Shown: positions 21,227 through 32,242, counted from the first letter of the stretch. The stretch: 64,000 bases of DNA from Planctomycetota bacterium (GCA_044222185.1 JBGANV010000003.1:608001-672000); one strand, 5' to 3'. Notes: generated by a model from the letters alone, not told the origin. Made by a program: numbers and translations.

Positions 21227-23341
21227 ATGATCCGCGCCACGATGACGTCGTCGCCCCGCTCGAACCCGCGTTTCCCCGGCGGCCTGGTGCCGCTGGCCCT
21301 GATGTTCGCCGTGGCCCTGTCGACGGGCGCGCTCGCGCACGCCCAGTCGGACGTCATCAAGCTCCAGCAGGGGAACCCACTCCGGGCCCGCGTCTGGGAT
21401 CGGACCGGCGACTCCGTGACGTTCAACACGTTCTTCACGGGCATCCGCAAGGTGACGTTCGGGACGGAGAAGCTCCCGGCGAAGGGCGTGAAGGAGATCG
21501 TCGACGATCCCGATCCGCACCGCGCGTTCTGGCGGCGGGCCGCGGCGCTCTCCGCGGGCACCGCCGACGAGTGGGTGAAGCTCGGAGCGGACGCCGAGCA
21601 CTCGAAGCTTCGGGGACTGGCCCGCCATGCCTACACGGAGGCACTCGTCCGCGACCGCGCGAACGCCGCCGCGCTGAAGGCGCTCGATTCCAAGGCCAAG
21701 GAGATCCTGGCGTCGGATCCTCGACTCGACGACGCGCTTCGCGCGAAACTCGCGGCCTACCTCGCGCTGGAGGATCCGGGCGGTCGCGACGCCGCGTTCC
21801 GTGAGATTCAGCAGCTCGGTTGCACATTGCCCCAGACCTACCTCGATCGCGCGTGGCGATCGTCGCGTCGCAAGCCAGGACGGACGGATGAGAATCTCCT
21901 CACGCTGCGGTCGCAGGAACACAAGGGAACCTACTGCCTGTTCGTGCCGCAGTCCTATGACCCGCTCCGGCCGACGCCGCTCGTGGTCGGGCTTCACGGA
22001 GGCGGCCGTGGCGGAAAGGACGGCAAGGCCGTCGTCGGTTCCGGCGAATCGGCCATGGCGTTCTATCGGTCCGGCGCCGAACGGCTCGGCTGGATCGTCG
22101 TTTGCCCCACGGCGATCGCCGCGCCCTGGTCGGAGCAGGTGAACGACGGGTTCCTCCTCACCGTCGTCGACGAGATCTGCGCGCTCTACAACGTCGACCG
22201 CAACCGCATCTACCTGACGGGCCATTCCATGGGCGGCTACGGCACGTGGCATTACGGCCCGCTCTACGCGCACCTTTGGGCTGCGATCGCGCCCATGGCC
22301 GGCGGGGGTCGGCCCGATCTGAAGCGCCTCACCGACACACTGACGGGTGTCTACATCTATCACGGGGCCGATGACCCGGTCGTCGGCGTGGGGTCCGACC
22401 GCGAAGTGGCGCAGGCGATGAAGAAGGCCGGAATGGATTTCGCGTACGCCGAGATCCCCGACTCGGGGCATGGATTCCCTCCCGAGGTCGAGAGCGAGAT
22501 GTGGGAGTTCTTCATTCCCCGCCGACTCGCCGTCACCCCCGACCGGAGTCCCAAGGGCAAGTTCACGACGACCCAGGAGCCCGAAAGCTCATTCCTCACG
22601 AAGCCCACGGCGGACGAACTGAAGGCGTTCGGCCCCCTCGGCAAACCCGCCGCTGCCGACGGCGACGCACGCGAGGTCACCACACTCCTCGCTGACCTGC
22701 GCGCGGGCGGAGGCCTGGCCGAGAAGGCTGCCGCCAGGCTCGCGACCTTCAAGGACGCGGTGACGGCCGAGCGCATCGTGAAGGTCGTGATCGATCCCGC
22801 CTCGGCGCCAGATACGAAGCGGTTCGCCGCGGTGGCGCTCGGCACCATGGGTCAGCCCTCGGCCATCAAGCCGTTGGCAAAACTCCTCGCCGACGATTCG
22901 TTGAGCGTGGTCTCGGCCGCAGCGATCGCGCTCGGTCAGATCGGCGGCGCCGACTCCGCCAAGGCACTCACGAAGGGGCTCGAGGCCCTGAAGATCCGCT
23001 TCGAGAAGAAGGTCTCCGGGCAGCGCATCGACTTCTCGGACTTCGAGGCGCACCTCGCGACGGCGGCCGCCTTCGCCGACGGGGTGAAGCTTGCCAAGGA
23101 CGGCGCTCCGGCGGCCGCGCTTCACGCGACGTGTTCGGCGCTGCTCTCCGACAAGATCGACGTCGACTTCACCGCGCGGGCGGGGCAGAACCCGGCGACG
23201 CCCCGCCGGGCACTTGCGAAGGCGCTGATCGACGCGTGCGCCGCGCTCCCAGGGCCAGCCGTGAAACCCACCCTGGACCTGCTCGCATCCCGACCCGACC
23301 TGGGTGTCGCCGAGCGAGCGAAGGAGCTCCTGCCGAGATGA
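21227..23341 (+). CDS. Secreted alpha/beta hydrolase with HEAT repeats
   Basis: Signal peptide, VVGLHGGG, GHSMGG nucleophile elbow, HGADDPVV, GHGF, then AAVALG/AAIALG HEAT-like helices. Confidence 0.8.
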   Translation: MIRATMTSSPRSNPRFPGGLVPLALMFAVALSTGALAHAQSDVIKLQQGNPLRARVWDRTGDSVTFNTFFTGIRKVTFGTEKLPAKGVKEIVDDPDPHRAFWRRAAALSAGTADEWVKLGADAEHSKLRGLARHAYTEALVRDRANAAALKALDSKAKEILASDPRLDDALRAKLAAYLALEDPGGRDAAFREIQQLGCTLPQTYLDRAWRSSRRKPGRTDENLLTLRSQEHKGTYCLFVPQSYDPLRPTPLVVGLHGGGRGGKDGKAVVGSGESAMAFYRSGAERLGWIVVCPTAIAAPWSEQVNDGFLLTVVDEICALYNVDRNRIYLTGHSMGGYGTWHYGPLYAHLWAAIAPMAGGGRPDLKRLTDTLTGVYIYHGADDPVVGVGSDREVAQAMKKAGMDFAYAEIPDSGHGFPPEVESEMWEFFIPRRLAVTPDRSPKGKFTTTQEPESSFLTKPTADELKAFGPLGKPAAADGDAREVTTLLADLRAGGGLAEKAAARLATFKDAVTAERIVKVVIDPASAPDTKRFAAVALGTMGQPSAIKPLAKLLADDSLSVVSAAAIALGQIGGADSAKALTKGLEALKIRFEKKVSGQRIDFSDFEAHLATAAAFADGVKLAKDGAPAAALHATCSALLSDKIDVDFTARAGQNPATPRRALAKALIDACAALPGPAVKPTLDLLASRPDLGVAERAKELLPR

Positions 23342-23520
23342 CCGGTGGCGTCGGCCGCGCCGCGTAACCGCGCCGCGGCGGAAGCATCGAAGGGCAACGA
23401 AGCGTCGCCGGATTCCCTCGGCGACGCCGCCTGGAGTCCCCGATGCCGACGAAGTCCGCAGTGGCCGGCGTGCACACGCACCGCACCGCCTGGCAGGTCT
23501 GCTCATCACCGCGCCCCCCC

Positions 23521-24975
23521 ATGCGACGTGCTCCCGCCCACGAGGCCGACGATCACTCGCATGGACAGAACCGCTTCGCAGTCATTCCGACCATCGAGCG
23601 GCTACGTGCATCCTCGGAGCTGACGGGGCGCGGAATCACCATGGCGTTCCTCGACTCGGGGTTTGCCCCGCACCCGGACATCACGCAGCCCGCGAGCCGT
23701 GTCGTCGCCTACAAGGACGTGGCCAATCCTCGCGCGCGCCTCCGCGCGGACGTCGCGCCTGACGCGATGGCGTGGCATGGAACGCAAACGGTCGTGTCGG
23801 CGGCAGGCAACGGATACCTGGCGGACGGCGTGTATCGCGGGCTCGCCAGCGAGGCGCGGTTGGTCCTCGTGCGCGCGTCGCAGAACGGCAGGATCCCCGA
23901 AGACAACATCGTCCGCGGGATCCAGTGGGTCGTCCGCAACCGCAAGAGGTACGACATCAGGATCCTCAGCATCTCGCTGGGCGGTGAGCGCGCGGACACG
24001 GATACGGGACGGGCGATCGAGAGAGCGGCCGAAGAGGCCGTGGCTGCCGGCATCGTCGTCGTCGCGGCAGCCGGAAACTCGGGATGCACGTCGTCCTGGC
24101 GCGTGCTGCCGCCGGCGACGGCCGCGTCGGTGATCACGGTCGGTGGGTTCAGTGACGAGAACGACCCGGACGCGCCCCAGCTCGCCCTCTACTGCTCGAG
24201 CTTCGGCGAGAGCGCGCGCGGCGATCAGAAGCCCGAGATCGTGGCTCCCGCCGCCTGGGTCGCCGCACCGATCCTGCCGGGAACGGAGCTGTACCGAACG
24301 GCCGTCGCGTTGTCGCGCTTGGACGCGGCACCCCAGTACCGCCTGGCTGCATTGGCGGCGAAGCTCGAGGCCGAGTCGGGACTGGGTGAGGTGTCACGGT
24401 CCGGCGATGCGCCGGCGATCCGTGCCGCGATCGACACGGCGTTGAAAGATCGCAAGATCATCTCGACGCACTATCAGCACGTCGATGGCACCTCGTTCGC
24501 CGCGCCCATCGTCGCCTCCGTCGTCGCCCAGATGCTCGAAGCCGCACCCAAACTCACGCCCGCGGAGGTGAAGACGATTCTGGTCGAGACCGCCCAGCCG
24601 CTTCCAGGAGCTCCGCGCGAGCGTCAGGGCGCCGGCGCACTGGATGCGGCGGCGGCCGTCGCGCGAGCGCGCGAATCGGTGGACGGCGGCGGTCCCCGCG
24701 TGGCACGCCGTACGCGAGAGGCGACGTTCCGCATCGCCGCCCCGGATGCGGCGTCGGTTCACGTCGCAGGCACGTTCAACGCCTGGCACGAGACGGACAC
24801 CCCGCTGCGCCGCGCCGCCGATGGGTCGTGGTCGGCACGTGTGCGTATGCCAGGACCCGGTCGGTACGCGTTCAAGTTCATCGTCGATGGTTCGCAGTGG
24901 CTGGAGGATCCGTCGGCCGTCGAATCCGACGATGACGGGCACGGCGGCCGAAACTCCATCGTCGTCATCGCCTGA
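23521..24975 (+). CDS. S8 (subtilisin-like) peptidase with C-terminal CBM48/AMPK-like glycogen-binding domain
   Basis: FLDSG, WHGT, AAAGNSG, DGTSFAAP. C-terminal VHVAGTFNAW...GRYAFKFIVDG...WLEDP. Start uncertain (23443 or 23521). Confidence 0.85.
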   Translation: MRRAPAHEADDHSHGQNRFAVIPTIERLRASSELTGRGITMAFLDSGFAPHPDITQPASRVVAYKDVANPRARLRADVAPDAMAWHGTQTVVSAAGNGYLADGVYRGLASEARLVLVRASQNGRIPEDNIVRGIQWVVRNRKRYDIRILSISLGGERADTDTGRAIERAAEEAVAAGIVVVAAAGNSGCTSSWRVLPPATAASVITVGGFSDENDPDAPQLALYCSSFGESARGDQKPEIVAPAAWVAAPILPGTELYRTAVALSRLDAAPQYRLAALAAKLEAESGLGEVSRSGDAPAIRAAIDTALKDRKIISTHYQHVDGTSFAAPIVASVVAQMLEAAPKLTPAEVKTILVETAQPLPGAPRERQGAGALDAAAAVARARESVDGGGPRVARRTREATFRIAAPDAASVHVAGTFNAWHETDTPLRRAADGSWSARVRMPGPGRYAFKFIVDGSQWLEDPSAVESDDDGHGGRNSIVVIA

Positions 24976-24976
24976 C

Positions 24977-25867
24977 ATGCGAACCGGACGGGACTCGACC
25001 TCCACCGTGCATCGATCGCGCTGCAACCTCGTCGAGTACGCACTCGACGGAGCGCTGCTCGGGATCTTCATGATCGCCGCCTGCGCGTTCTGTGTGATCC
25101 TCGAGCACGCCGGATCGCCGGTGCGCGTCGCGATCGAGAGTGCGTTCCTACGCCGCGCCCTGATGGGCCTGGCGATGGGGCTGACGGCCGTCGCGTTGAT
25201 CGAGTCCGCCTGGGGACGCCGCTCGGGCGCGCACATGAATCCGGCCGTGACCCTCGCCTTCCTGCGGCTGGGGAAAGTGCGAGGCGTCGACGCGACCGGC
25301 CTGGTCATCGCTCAGTTCGTCGGAGCGTCCCTCGGCGTCGCGGTGGCGCGGCTTGCGCTCGGATCGACGATCGCCGCGGCCGAGGTGTCGTTCGTCGTCA
25401 CACGTCCGGGCAGCAGCATCGGCGCGGCCTTCGCGGGCGAAGTCGCGATCTCGTTCCTCATGATGAGTGCCGTGCTCGCCGCGTCGAGCTCGCCGCGACT
25501 CGCCCCGATGACGCCCTGGATCGCCGGCGCGCTCGTCGCCTGCTGGATCACCGTCGAGGCGCCGCTCTCCGGCATGAGCATGAACCCGGCCCGCACGTTC
25601 GGCTCGGCGCTCCATGCCGGCGTCTGGACGTCAGCGTGGATCTACTTCACTGCCCCGCCGCTGGGCATGCTGCTGGCGGCGGAACTGCGGGCTCGTTCGT
25701 CCGTACGAGCGCGCGCCGCCTGTGCCAAACTGCGACACTGCGCGCGGTCTCGATGCATCTTCTGTGGCCACGAGCCCGATCGCCGGCGCGCGGCACCGCC
25801 CGATCACGCCCTGAAACGAGCACGGGCCGGACGCGCAGTGCACGAGCACTGCCCGACCGACCCGTGA
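24977..25867 (+). CDS. Aquaporin (MIP) family channel
   Basis: Two NPA motifs (HMNPAVT, SMNPART), several hydrophobic helices, Cys-rich tail CAKLRHCARSRCIFC. Confidence 0.92.
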   Translation: MRTGRDSTSTVHRSRCNLVEYALDGALLGIFMIAACAFCVILEHAGSPVRVAIESAFLRRALMGLAMGLTAVALIESAWGRRSGAHMNPAVTLAFLRLGKVRGVDATGLVIAQFVGASLGVAVARLALGSTIAAAEVSFVVTRPGSSIGAAFAGEVAISFLMMSAVLAASSSPRLAPMTPWIAGALVACWITVEAPLSGMSMNPARTFGSALHAGVWTSAWIYFTAPPLGMLLAAELRARSSVRARAACAKLRHCARSRCIFCGHEPDRRRAAPPDHALKRARAGRAVHEHCPTDP

Positions 25868-25888
25868 CGTCGATGGCTTCTCGTGAGA

Positions 25889-27328
25889 TCAGAAGCCGAT
25901 GGTGATGTAGAGGCCGTTCGTCAACTGGATGCCGTTCGTCGAGCCGATGAAGGCCTGGAGGCCGACCGGGAGGCAGTCGAGGGCCGGATCAGCGGGGAGC
26001 GGCAGGGTGATGCTGAACGCGCCGGCCGCGTCCGTCGGGAACGGGAACAGCGCGTTGAGACCCGTGTTGCTGAGGTACAGGTTGCACGACCCACCGAGCG
26101 GGGTCGGCGATCCGGTCTGGGCGCCGTAGAAGAGCACGCCACTCGAGCTCGGCGTCGCACCCGTCACGCTGATGACGTAGTTCGTGCCGAGGCGCGGCAG
26201 GTTGCTGTCCAGCACCGGAGCGGGAGCGCCGCAGCCGGAACCGACGATCTGCTTCGACGCGTCCGTCGCGGCGAGCGTGATCGAGAAGTTGTTGCCGGCG
26301 ATCGTGTTGAAGGAGCCGATCGAGATGAGGTAGGTGGCGTTCGCCGGGATCGTGAACACGACGTGCGAGCGAAGACCGGTGACGGTCGACCCGCAGAACG
26401 AGTCGTCGTTGCCGGTCACGCATGTCAAGCCACCGGCGCACGTCCCACTCCACACCTTCAAGGTGGTGTCGTTGAGGGTCGGGGTCGGCTCGCCCGCGAG
26501 CGGGCAGGTGTTGATGTCGACGGTCTGCGGGCAGTTGTGCGGGTTCGTGTACGTGAACCACACGTCGCGCGAGGTCGTGGCGTTGCAGATGTTGGTGCTC
26601 GCCGTCGGCGTGGCGCCCGAGTTCGTGAAGAACCGCGAGCCGATACCGAGCGGGATTGCGCGGCTGCAATCGTCAGCCATCACGATGAACTGGACGTTAT
26701 CGATGACGGCCGAGCTGTCGAACGCGTTGTCGGTGGCATTCCAGCACGCGACGCTCAGGTACGCGCCCGCGGGGCGCGGATAGACGAGTTCCTTGTCGGC
26801 GTTCTGCGGGCCGGGATTCCCGACCTGCGTTCCACCGAAGCCAGTGCAGCCGCTCGTGTTCGCCGTGGCCGCGTCGCGATAGACGAGGTTTTGCAGCGAG
26901 TTGCCGGCCGCATCGCAGACGTCGATGCTCATGCCGTCGTTGTAGACTCCCGGGGTCGGTCCTTCGGCGTTGAAGAACTCCCAGTCGAACATCGCCCCCG
27001 TCGCATTCGCGGGAATCACGATGCGAAGTTCGGAGACGATGGCAGCGAGCGGGCGCGCGACCGGGCCGCCTGGGGCAACGGGGACGGGGCCGTTGGCGAC
27101 GATCTGGGCTTCCTGGGCACCGGACGTCGGGAACCCGCAACTGACGGTGTTCACGACGCCGCCGCCTGCCGGCAGGTTTGCGGTGCAGCCGGAGCAATCG
27201 GCCGCCGCGCCGATGAGCGGGAACCCGCCGACCGGGCCGCAGTCAAAGTGCGCAGAAGAAAGCACGGTTTGCCCCATGGACAGGCTCGCGGCCAGTCCAA
27301 TAGCGATCAACAGTCGATACGACTTCAT
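25889..27328 (-). CDS. Secreted Cys-rich hypothetical protein
   Basis: Signal peptide MKSYRLLIAIGLAASLSMG, DVWFTYT/GNDDSFCG (PPC-like), C-terminal LQAFIG...LTNGL tail. Confidence 0.7.
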   Translation of the reverse strand: MKSYRLLIAIGLAASLSMGQTVLSSAHFDCGPVGGFPLIGAAADCSGCTANLPAGGGVVNTVSCGFPTSGAQEAQIVANGPVPVAPGGPVARPLAAIVSELRIVIPANATGAMFDWEFFNAEGPTPGVYNDGMSIDVCDAAGNSLQNLVYRDAATANTSGCTGFGGTQVGNPGPQNADKELVYPRPAGAYLSVACWNATDNAFDSSAVIDNVQFIVMADDCSRAIPLGIGSRFFTNSGATPTASTNICNATTSRDVWFTYTNPHNCPQTVDINTCPLAGEPTPTLNDTTLKVWSGTCAGGLTCVTGNDDSFCGSTVTGLRSHVVFTIPANATYLISIGSFNTIAGNNFSITLAATDASKQIVGSGCGAPAPVLDSNLPRLGTNYVISVTGATPSSSGVLFYGAQTGSPTPLGGSCNLYLSNTGLNALFPFPTDAAGAFSITLPLPADPALDCLPVGLQAFIGSTNGIQLTNGLYITIGF

Positions 27329-27609
27329 GTGCACTCCAACTTTCAGGGAACAAAAGGGCCAGGAGGGGGTAGCACCCGGCAGCGGCAACGCTGCGCTCGG
27401 CCACACGGCCGGCGCGAAGGGCGGCAGACCAAGGCGGTCCCGCCGCGTGTGCAAGAACGCACGTCGCAAAAGCGACGATGGTGTGACGCTCGGGAGCCAG
27501 ACCATCAGAACGACGTCGCGGCCGAGTCCACGCGGATTCCGCTCCAAACCAAGAAACCCCGCGTCGGCGTCGCAAACACCGCGCGACAAACCTTCCCGTC
27601 ACCGTCGGT

Positions 27610-29229
27610 TCAGTCGCCCATGTCGGTGAGCGCCGCCAGGACGCGCTCTTCACGCCGCACCAGGAGCTGCCCTGCCCACGTCACACACCCAACTACGACG
27701 GCGGCGACGAGCACCACGCAAGCCGGAACCGTGAGCAGATACCACGCCGCCTGCAGCCGGAAGAGCCGAGGGATCACGGCGACGGCCCCGACGATCCCCG
27801 TCAGCACCAGCACCGGCGCGAGCGCGACCGTGCGCCCCATGGCGACGGCGCAACCGTCCTGACGGACTCGCAGGCCGCGGCCCTTCCCGGAGCGCAACAG
27901 CGATACGGGCGCGAGCACGGAGACCACCGCCCCGCACGACAAGAGCACGGAATCGGCCACGACCGTGAGCGCGTATGCCGCCGCCCAACGTGGGAGGGCA
28001 TCGGCAAGATCGTGACGCATGGCGCCGAGGATCCCGATGGTCACCAACGTCACGACGGCGTCGACGGCGAACAGGATCGCGGCGATCGCGACGAGCCGCC
28101 CGAGGATCAGCCGCGCGCGGCCGATCGGTGATTGAAGGGTCAACTTCAGCCCGCCCGCGTCGAACCCGAAGATGCTCAGCGCGAGCCACGCATGGGCAAA
28201 GACGATGACGACGGGGATGAGGAACCACACCGTACCGTCGCCGCGGCCATTCAGGAGGATTGGCGCGAGCAGGAATACGTGCTGCTGAAGCAGAAGCGCC
28301 TTCAACTGCGGCTCGCGCCAGATGAGGGATAGGCTCCGCCGCGCAATCTGCCCGATGTCCGCCGGCAACCGGTTGAAGAGACCCTCGCCCCGATCCTCGA
28401 TGGCGTCGCCGCGATCGCCGGTCTCCCCCGCAGCCGCATAGAGCCTGCCGAACGCGCGGGAGCCGAGCCACAGCGCGCCCAATACGGAGGTGGCCACGCC
28501 CGCCGCCATGAGCGCCGGCCGAACTCCCGCGAGGGTCGGGTTCATGAACACCTCGCCGAACCAACTGGTGGGAAACCAGGTGAGGTACCCCCACACCGGG
28601 TGCTTGAGGAGGGCCACGAGCGGTTCACCTTGTCGTTCCGCACCCCCGCGCACGACGAGGTAGGCCGCGAGGCCCGCCACGCTGCTGAGCAACGTGGCGG
28701 CATCGCGGAGACGGCGGCGGTTGTACAACGCCAGCAGCGCGAAGCTCGTCGCCATGGCGATCGCCTGCCCCAACGTCACCAAGAGCAGGACGATCGCGAC
28801 TCGCGCGACCACGGCCGGCGTCGGTCCCGACAACAGGGCGACGAAGCTCAACCCCGGTGCTGCGAACATCAGGGTCGCCGGGTGGAAGACGGTCGAGAAC
28901 AGCATGGCCGAGAAGATCTCGCCAGTCCCCACTGGCAGGTGCAGCAGCCGACTCGTGTCGAAGAAGTCGCCGGTCGCGACGAACACGACTCCAAAGGTCA
29001 CCTGCAGGACGAACACCGCGAGGAAGATCACGCGGACGCCGGTGAACCACTCATCCGGGTAGTCGGCGAACATGCGGTAGGTGACGAAACCGGACGACGC
29101 GCCCCAGCCCAAGAGCGCCAGGAACCCGACGACGGCGAACAGCACGCGCCCCGGTTTGCCGGCGAAGTTGTTGATGAGCAGGCGGTAGCGCAGGCCCAGC
29201 AGCAGGAAGAAGCGGCCGAGGGCACCCAT
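27610..29229 (-). CDS. ABC transporter permease (multi-pass membrane protein)
   Basis: Many hydrophobic segments, LLHLPV motif, coupled to the ABC ATPase gene. Confidence 0.8.
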   Translation of the reverse strand: MGALGRFFLLLGLRYRLLINNFAGKPGRVLFAVVGFLALLGWGASSGFVTYRMFADYPDEWFTGVRVIFLAVFVLQVTFGVVFVATGDFFDTSRLLHLPVGTGEIFSAMLFSTVFHPATLMFAAPGLSFVALLSGPTPAVVARVAIVLLLVTLGQAIAMATSFALLALYNRRRLRDAATLLSSVAGLAAYLVVRGGAERQGEPLVALLKHPVWGYLTWFPTSWFGEVFMNPTLAGVRPALMAAGVATSVLGALWLGSRAFGRLYAAAGETGDRGDAIEDRGEGLFNRLPADIGQIARRSLSLIWREPQLKALLLQQHVFLLAPILLNGRGDGTVWFLIPVVIVFAHAWLALSIFGFDAGGLKLTLQSPIGRARLILGRLVAIAAILFAVDAVVTLVTIGILGAMRHDLADALPRWAAAYALTVVADSVLLSCGAVVSVLAPVSLLRSGKGRGLRVRQDGCAVAMGRTVALAPVLVLTGIVGAVAVIPRLFRLQAAWYLLTVPACVVLVAAVVVGCVTWAGQLLVRREERVLAALTDMGD

Positions 29230-30056
29230 CAGCCGAGAAAGTCCAGGCTGCCCCGGACGACCTTCTCGCCGCCCACGGCCATCACGAAGACGTCCTCGAG
29301 ACTGGCGGACTCGGCGGCACCGACCTGCATCCGGACCTCCGCCAGCGTACCGAGCGCCCGCAGACGGCCGCGGTCGACGATTCCAATCCGCGAGCACAGA
29401 CGCTCGACCTGCTCGAGGATGTGGGAAGAGAAGAAGATCGTCATTCCGCGCGCGACGAGCGATTGGAACACCCGTTTGATCGCACGCGTCGTGACGGCGT
29501 CGATGCCGTTGAAGGGCTCGTCCAGGAACAGGAGGCGCGGGCCATGAAGGAGCGCGCAAGCGAGCGCGACCTTCTTCTTCATTCCCATGGAGAAGTCGCC
29601 CACCATGCGCCGCCGTTCGGCCTCCGCCAGTTCCAGCAACTCGAAGAGCTCGCCGGCTCGACGATCCGACTCCGCACGCGAAAGGCCGTAGAGGCTGCCG
29701 ACGAAGCGCACGGTTTCCACGGGTGAGAGGCGCTCGTACAGCTGGATGTCCTCGGGGAGCACACCGATGAGCCGTTTGACGGCGAGGGGGTCGGCAGCGA
29801 CGTCGATGCCCAGGATGCGCGCCGTTCCTGCGGACGGCTTGAGCATGCCCGCCATCATCTTGATCGTCGTCGACTTGCCCGCGCCGTTGGGCCCGAGGAA
29901 CGCGAAGAACTCGCCCGCTGCCACCGTGAGGTCCAGGTTCTCGACGGCGACCTTGGCGTCGAAGCGGCGCGAGAGGCCGCGAACCTCGACCACCGGCGCC
30001 GAGGGAGACGGGGCGACTTCCATGGTCGGGATCATGTAGTCCCGCGCAAGCGACAT
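29229..30056 (-). CDS. ABC transporter ATP-binding protein
   Basis: GPNGAGKST Walker A, FSMGMKKK signature, LFLDEP Walker B, SSH. Confidence 0.95.
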   Translation of the reverse strand: MSLARDYMIPTMEVAPSPSAPVVEVRGLSRRFDAKVAVENLDLTVAAGEFFAFLGPNGAGKSTTIKMMAGMLKPSAGTARILGIDVAADPLAVKRLIGVLPEDIQLYERLSPVETVRFVGSLYGLSRAESDRRAGELFELLELAEAERRRMVGDFSMGMKKKVALACALLHGPRLLFLDEPFNGIDAVTTRAIKRVFQSLVARGMTIFFSSHILEQVERLCSRIGIVDRGRLRALGTLAEVRMQVGAAESASLEDVFVMAVGGEKVVRGSLDFLG

Positions 30057-30847
30057 CAACCGGCGGGATGGCGAGTCGTGATTCGCCGGACGAATTCCAC
30101 CGGATAGAGCGGCGGCGGAATGGGGATCCCTCCGCTCACGCGCCGCCAGCGAGCGATGCGTACGACGGAGACGGCCCACTGGACCACGATGAGCAGGAAC
30201 AGCCCGATGCCGAGGTACATGACGCGTGCGGTCTCGCCTGCCTTGGCGGCGACGCCGATCCCGAGCGCAAGGAAGTCGTAGGCGCCGTGCCAGAGGGCCG
30301 GCTCGATCACGGCGAGCCGCATCTGCAGGCCTGAACCGTGGACGGGGCCGAAGGTCGCCCGGGCGAGGCGGTCACCCATCAGCGTGCCGTTGAGCGCATG
30401 CGCCGGAACCGCTGTGAGTGCCCGCAACACGCCCACCGAGATCCCGCCCTTCATCACGTAGAGGACGTTTTCGATCAAAGCGAAGCCCATGGCCGTGGCC
30501 ACGCTGTAGACGAGCCAGTCGAAGCCATTGCCGATTTCGCGATCGTTCCTGGCACAGACCTGAACGGCCAGGCGCTTGCCGATCTCCTCGATCGCCGCGA
30601 TGAAGACGAATGCGCCCAGCGCCACCGACCAGAGACTCTTCTCGGTGTCGTAGCCCGGCACGAATCTGGCCCCGGTCAGTAGCGCCGCCTCGATCAACGC
30701 GACCGGGATGACCACGAGCGCGCCAGCGAGGAAATAGCGCAGCACGTTGCGCAGGGGCTCGCGCTCCCGATCGACCGCATAGACGACGTGGAGGATCGCG
30801 AGGCACGGACCCACCGCGACCGCGACGAGGAGCCAGGGCCCACCCAT
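30056..30847 (-). CDS. prsW: PrsW family intramembrane metalloprotease
   Basis: DREREP, IEEIGK, GFALIEN, RALTAVPAHA, WHGAYD motifs. Confidence 0.88.
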   Translation of the reverse strand: MGGPWLLVAVAVGPCLAILHVVYAVDREREPLRNVLRYFLAGALVVIPVALIEAALLTGARFVPGYDTEKSLWSVALGAFVFIAAIEEIGKRLAVQVCARNDREIGNGFDWLVYSVATAMGFALIENVLYVMKGGISVGVLRALTAVPAHALNGTLMGDRLARATFGPVHGSGLQMRLAVIEPALWHGAYDFLALGIGVAAKAGETARVMYLGIGLFLLIVVQWAVSVVRIARWRRVSGGIPIPPPLYPVEFVRRITTRHPAG

Positions 30848-32109
30848 CAGCGACGGCGATCCACGACGACCACGCCCCTCTTCACGACGAGCGACACGAA
30901 CGACTCACCGAAGTGATACGGGACGTAGCGGATGTTGGGGACGTCGAGCGCCACCAGATCCGCCTGGAAGCCCGGTGCGATCACGCCCAGATCCGCTCCA
31001 CGGCCGATGGCGTGCGCGGCGTTCACCGTCGCCGCGGTCAGCGCCTGCGCCGCCGTGAATCCGTAGCGCACGCAGGCGAACGTCATCACCAGCGGCATGG
31101 ATCGCGTGGGGGACGAACCCGGGTTGAAGTCCGTGGCGATGGCGAGCGCGAGCCCCGCTTCCAGCATGCGTCGTCCGGGCGCGTCCTGTTTCAGGTTCAG
31201 GAAGAACGACGTCGCCGGGAGGAGGATCGGAACGACGCCCGCGTCTCGCATCCGTGTCATGCCTTCGTCGCTCACGAACACGAGGTGGTCGGCGGAAAGC
31301 GCGCCCACGTCGGCCGCGAGCTCGGCGCCGCCCGTCGGACGGATCTCGTCGGCGTGCAGCTTGACCTTCAACCCCAGTTCCTTCGCCCGGTTCAGGATCC
31401 TGCGCGACTCGTCGACCGTGAAGACGTGTTCTTCGCAGAAGACGTCGCACGCCGTCGCGAGCTTCTCGTGGGCCACCTTCGGCAGCATCTCGTCGATGAT
31501 CAGGCGGACGTAGCCCGCGCGGTCGTTCCGCCACTCGTCGGGAAACTCGTGCGCGCCGAGGAACGTGGGCTCGAGCTCGAGGGCGTGATCGCGGCGCACG
31601 GCCGCGATGGCGCGGAGCGAGCGCAGCTCGTCGTCCGTCGAAAGCCCGTATCCGCTCTTCGCTTCGATCGTCGTCGTGCCCAACGCGAGGAACGCGTCCG
31701 CGACCGAGCGCACGTGCGCCAACAAGTCGTCGTCGCTCGCCGCGCGGAGCTGGCGGACGCTGCGTCGGATCCCGCCGCCCTCCTTCGCGATCTCCACGTA
31801 GCTGCGTCCTTGATTGCGCCACTCGAATTCGTCTTCGCGCGTCCCGAAGAAGACCGGATGCGTGTGCGGGTCGACGAAACCGGGAATCACCGTGCGCGCG
31901 CCCAGGTCGACCTCGCGGCAGCCTCGGTGACGGGCGCGCAACGCCGCCGGCTCGCCGGAATCGACGATGCGGCCGTTCTCCTCCACGATCCCGAAGCCCT
32001 GCCGCAGGCCCGCGTCATTCATCGCGGCGGCGGCGCGTGGCCCCTTCGCACCCGTGTCCATCGTGGCCCACTGCCCGGTCCCGAAGAAAAGAGTCGGCGG
32101 TCGATGCAT
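30847..32109 (-). CDS. hutI: Imidazolonepropionase
   Basis: PGFVDPHTH, GTTTIEAKSGYG, DVFCE, HADE, ATDFNPGSSP. Confidence 0.95.
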   Translation of the reverse strand: MHRPPTLFFGTGQWATMDTGAKGPRAAAAMNDAGLRQGFGIVEENGRIVDSGEPAALRARHRGCREVDLGARTVIPGFVDPHTHPVFFGTREDEFEWRNQGRSYVEIAKEGGGIRRSVRQLRAASDDDLLAHVRSVADAFLALGTTTIEAKSGYGLSTDDELRSLRAIAAVRRDHALELEPTFLGAHEFPDEWRNDRAGYVRLIIDEMLPKVAHEKLATACDVFCEEHVFTVDESRRILNRAKELGLKVKLHADEIRPTGGAELAADVGALSADHLVFVSDEGMTRMRDAGVVPILLPATSFFLNLKQDAPGRRMLEAGLALAIATDFNPGSSPTRSMPLVMTFACVRYGFTAAQALTAATVNAAHAIGRGADLGVIAPGFQADLVALDVPNIRYVPYHFGESFVSLVVKRGVVVVDRRR

Positions 32110-32242
32110 TGAATAGACCTCAGGTCAGGTGGCCTTCGTGGCTCCATGTCCTTTGGCCCCCATTCAAACCTACCGCGGTCGGGATTGGATTGGAACGGTT
32201 CGCTCCACTCGCAGAAATCACCCTGCCGGCGCCGTAATGCCG

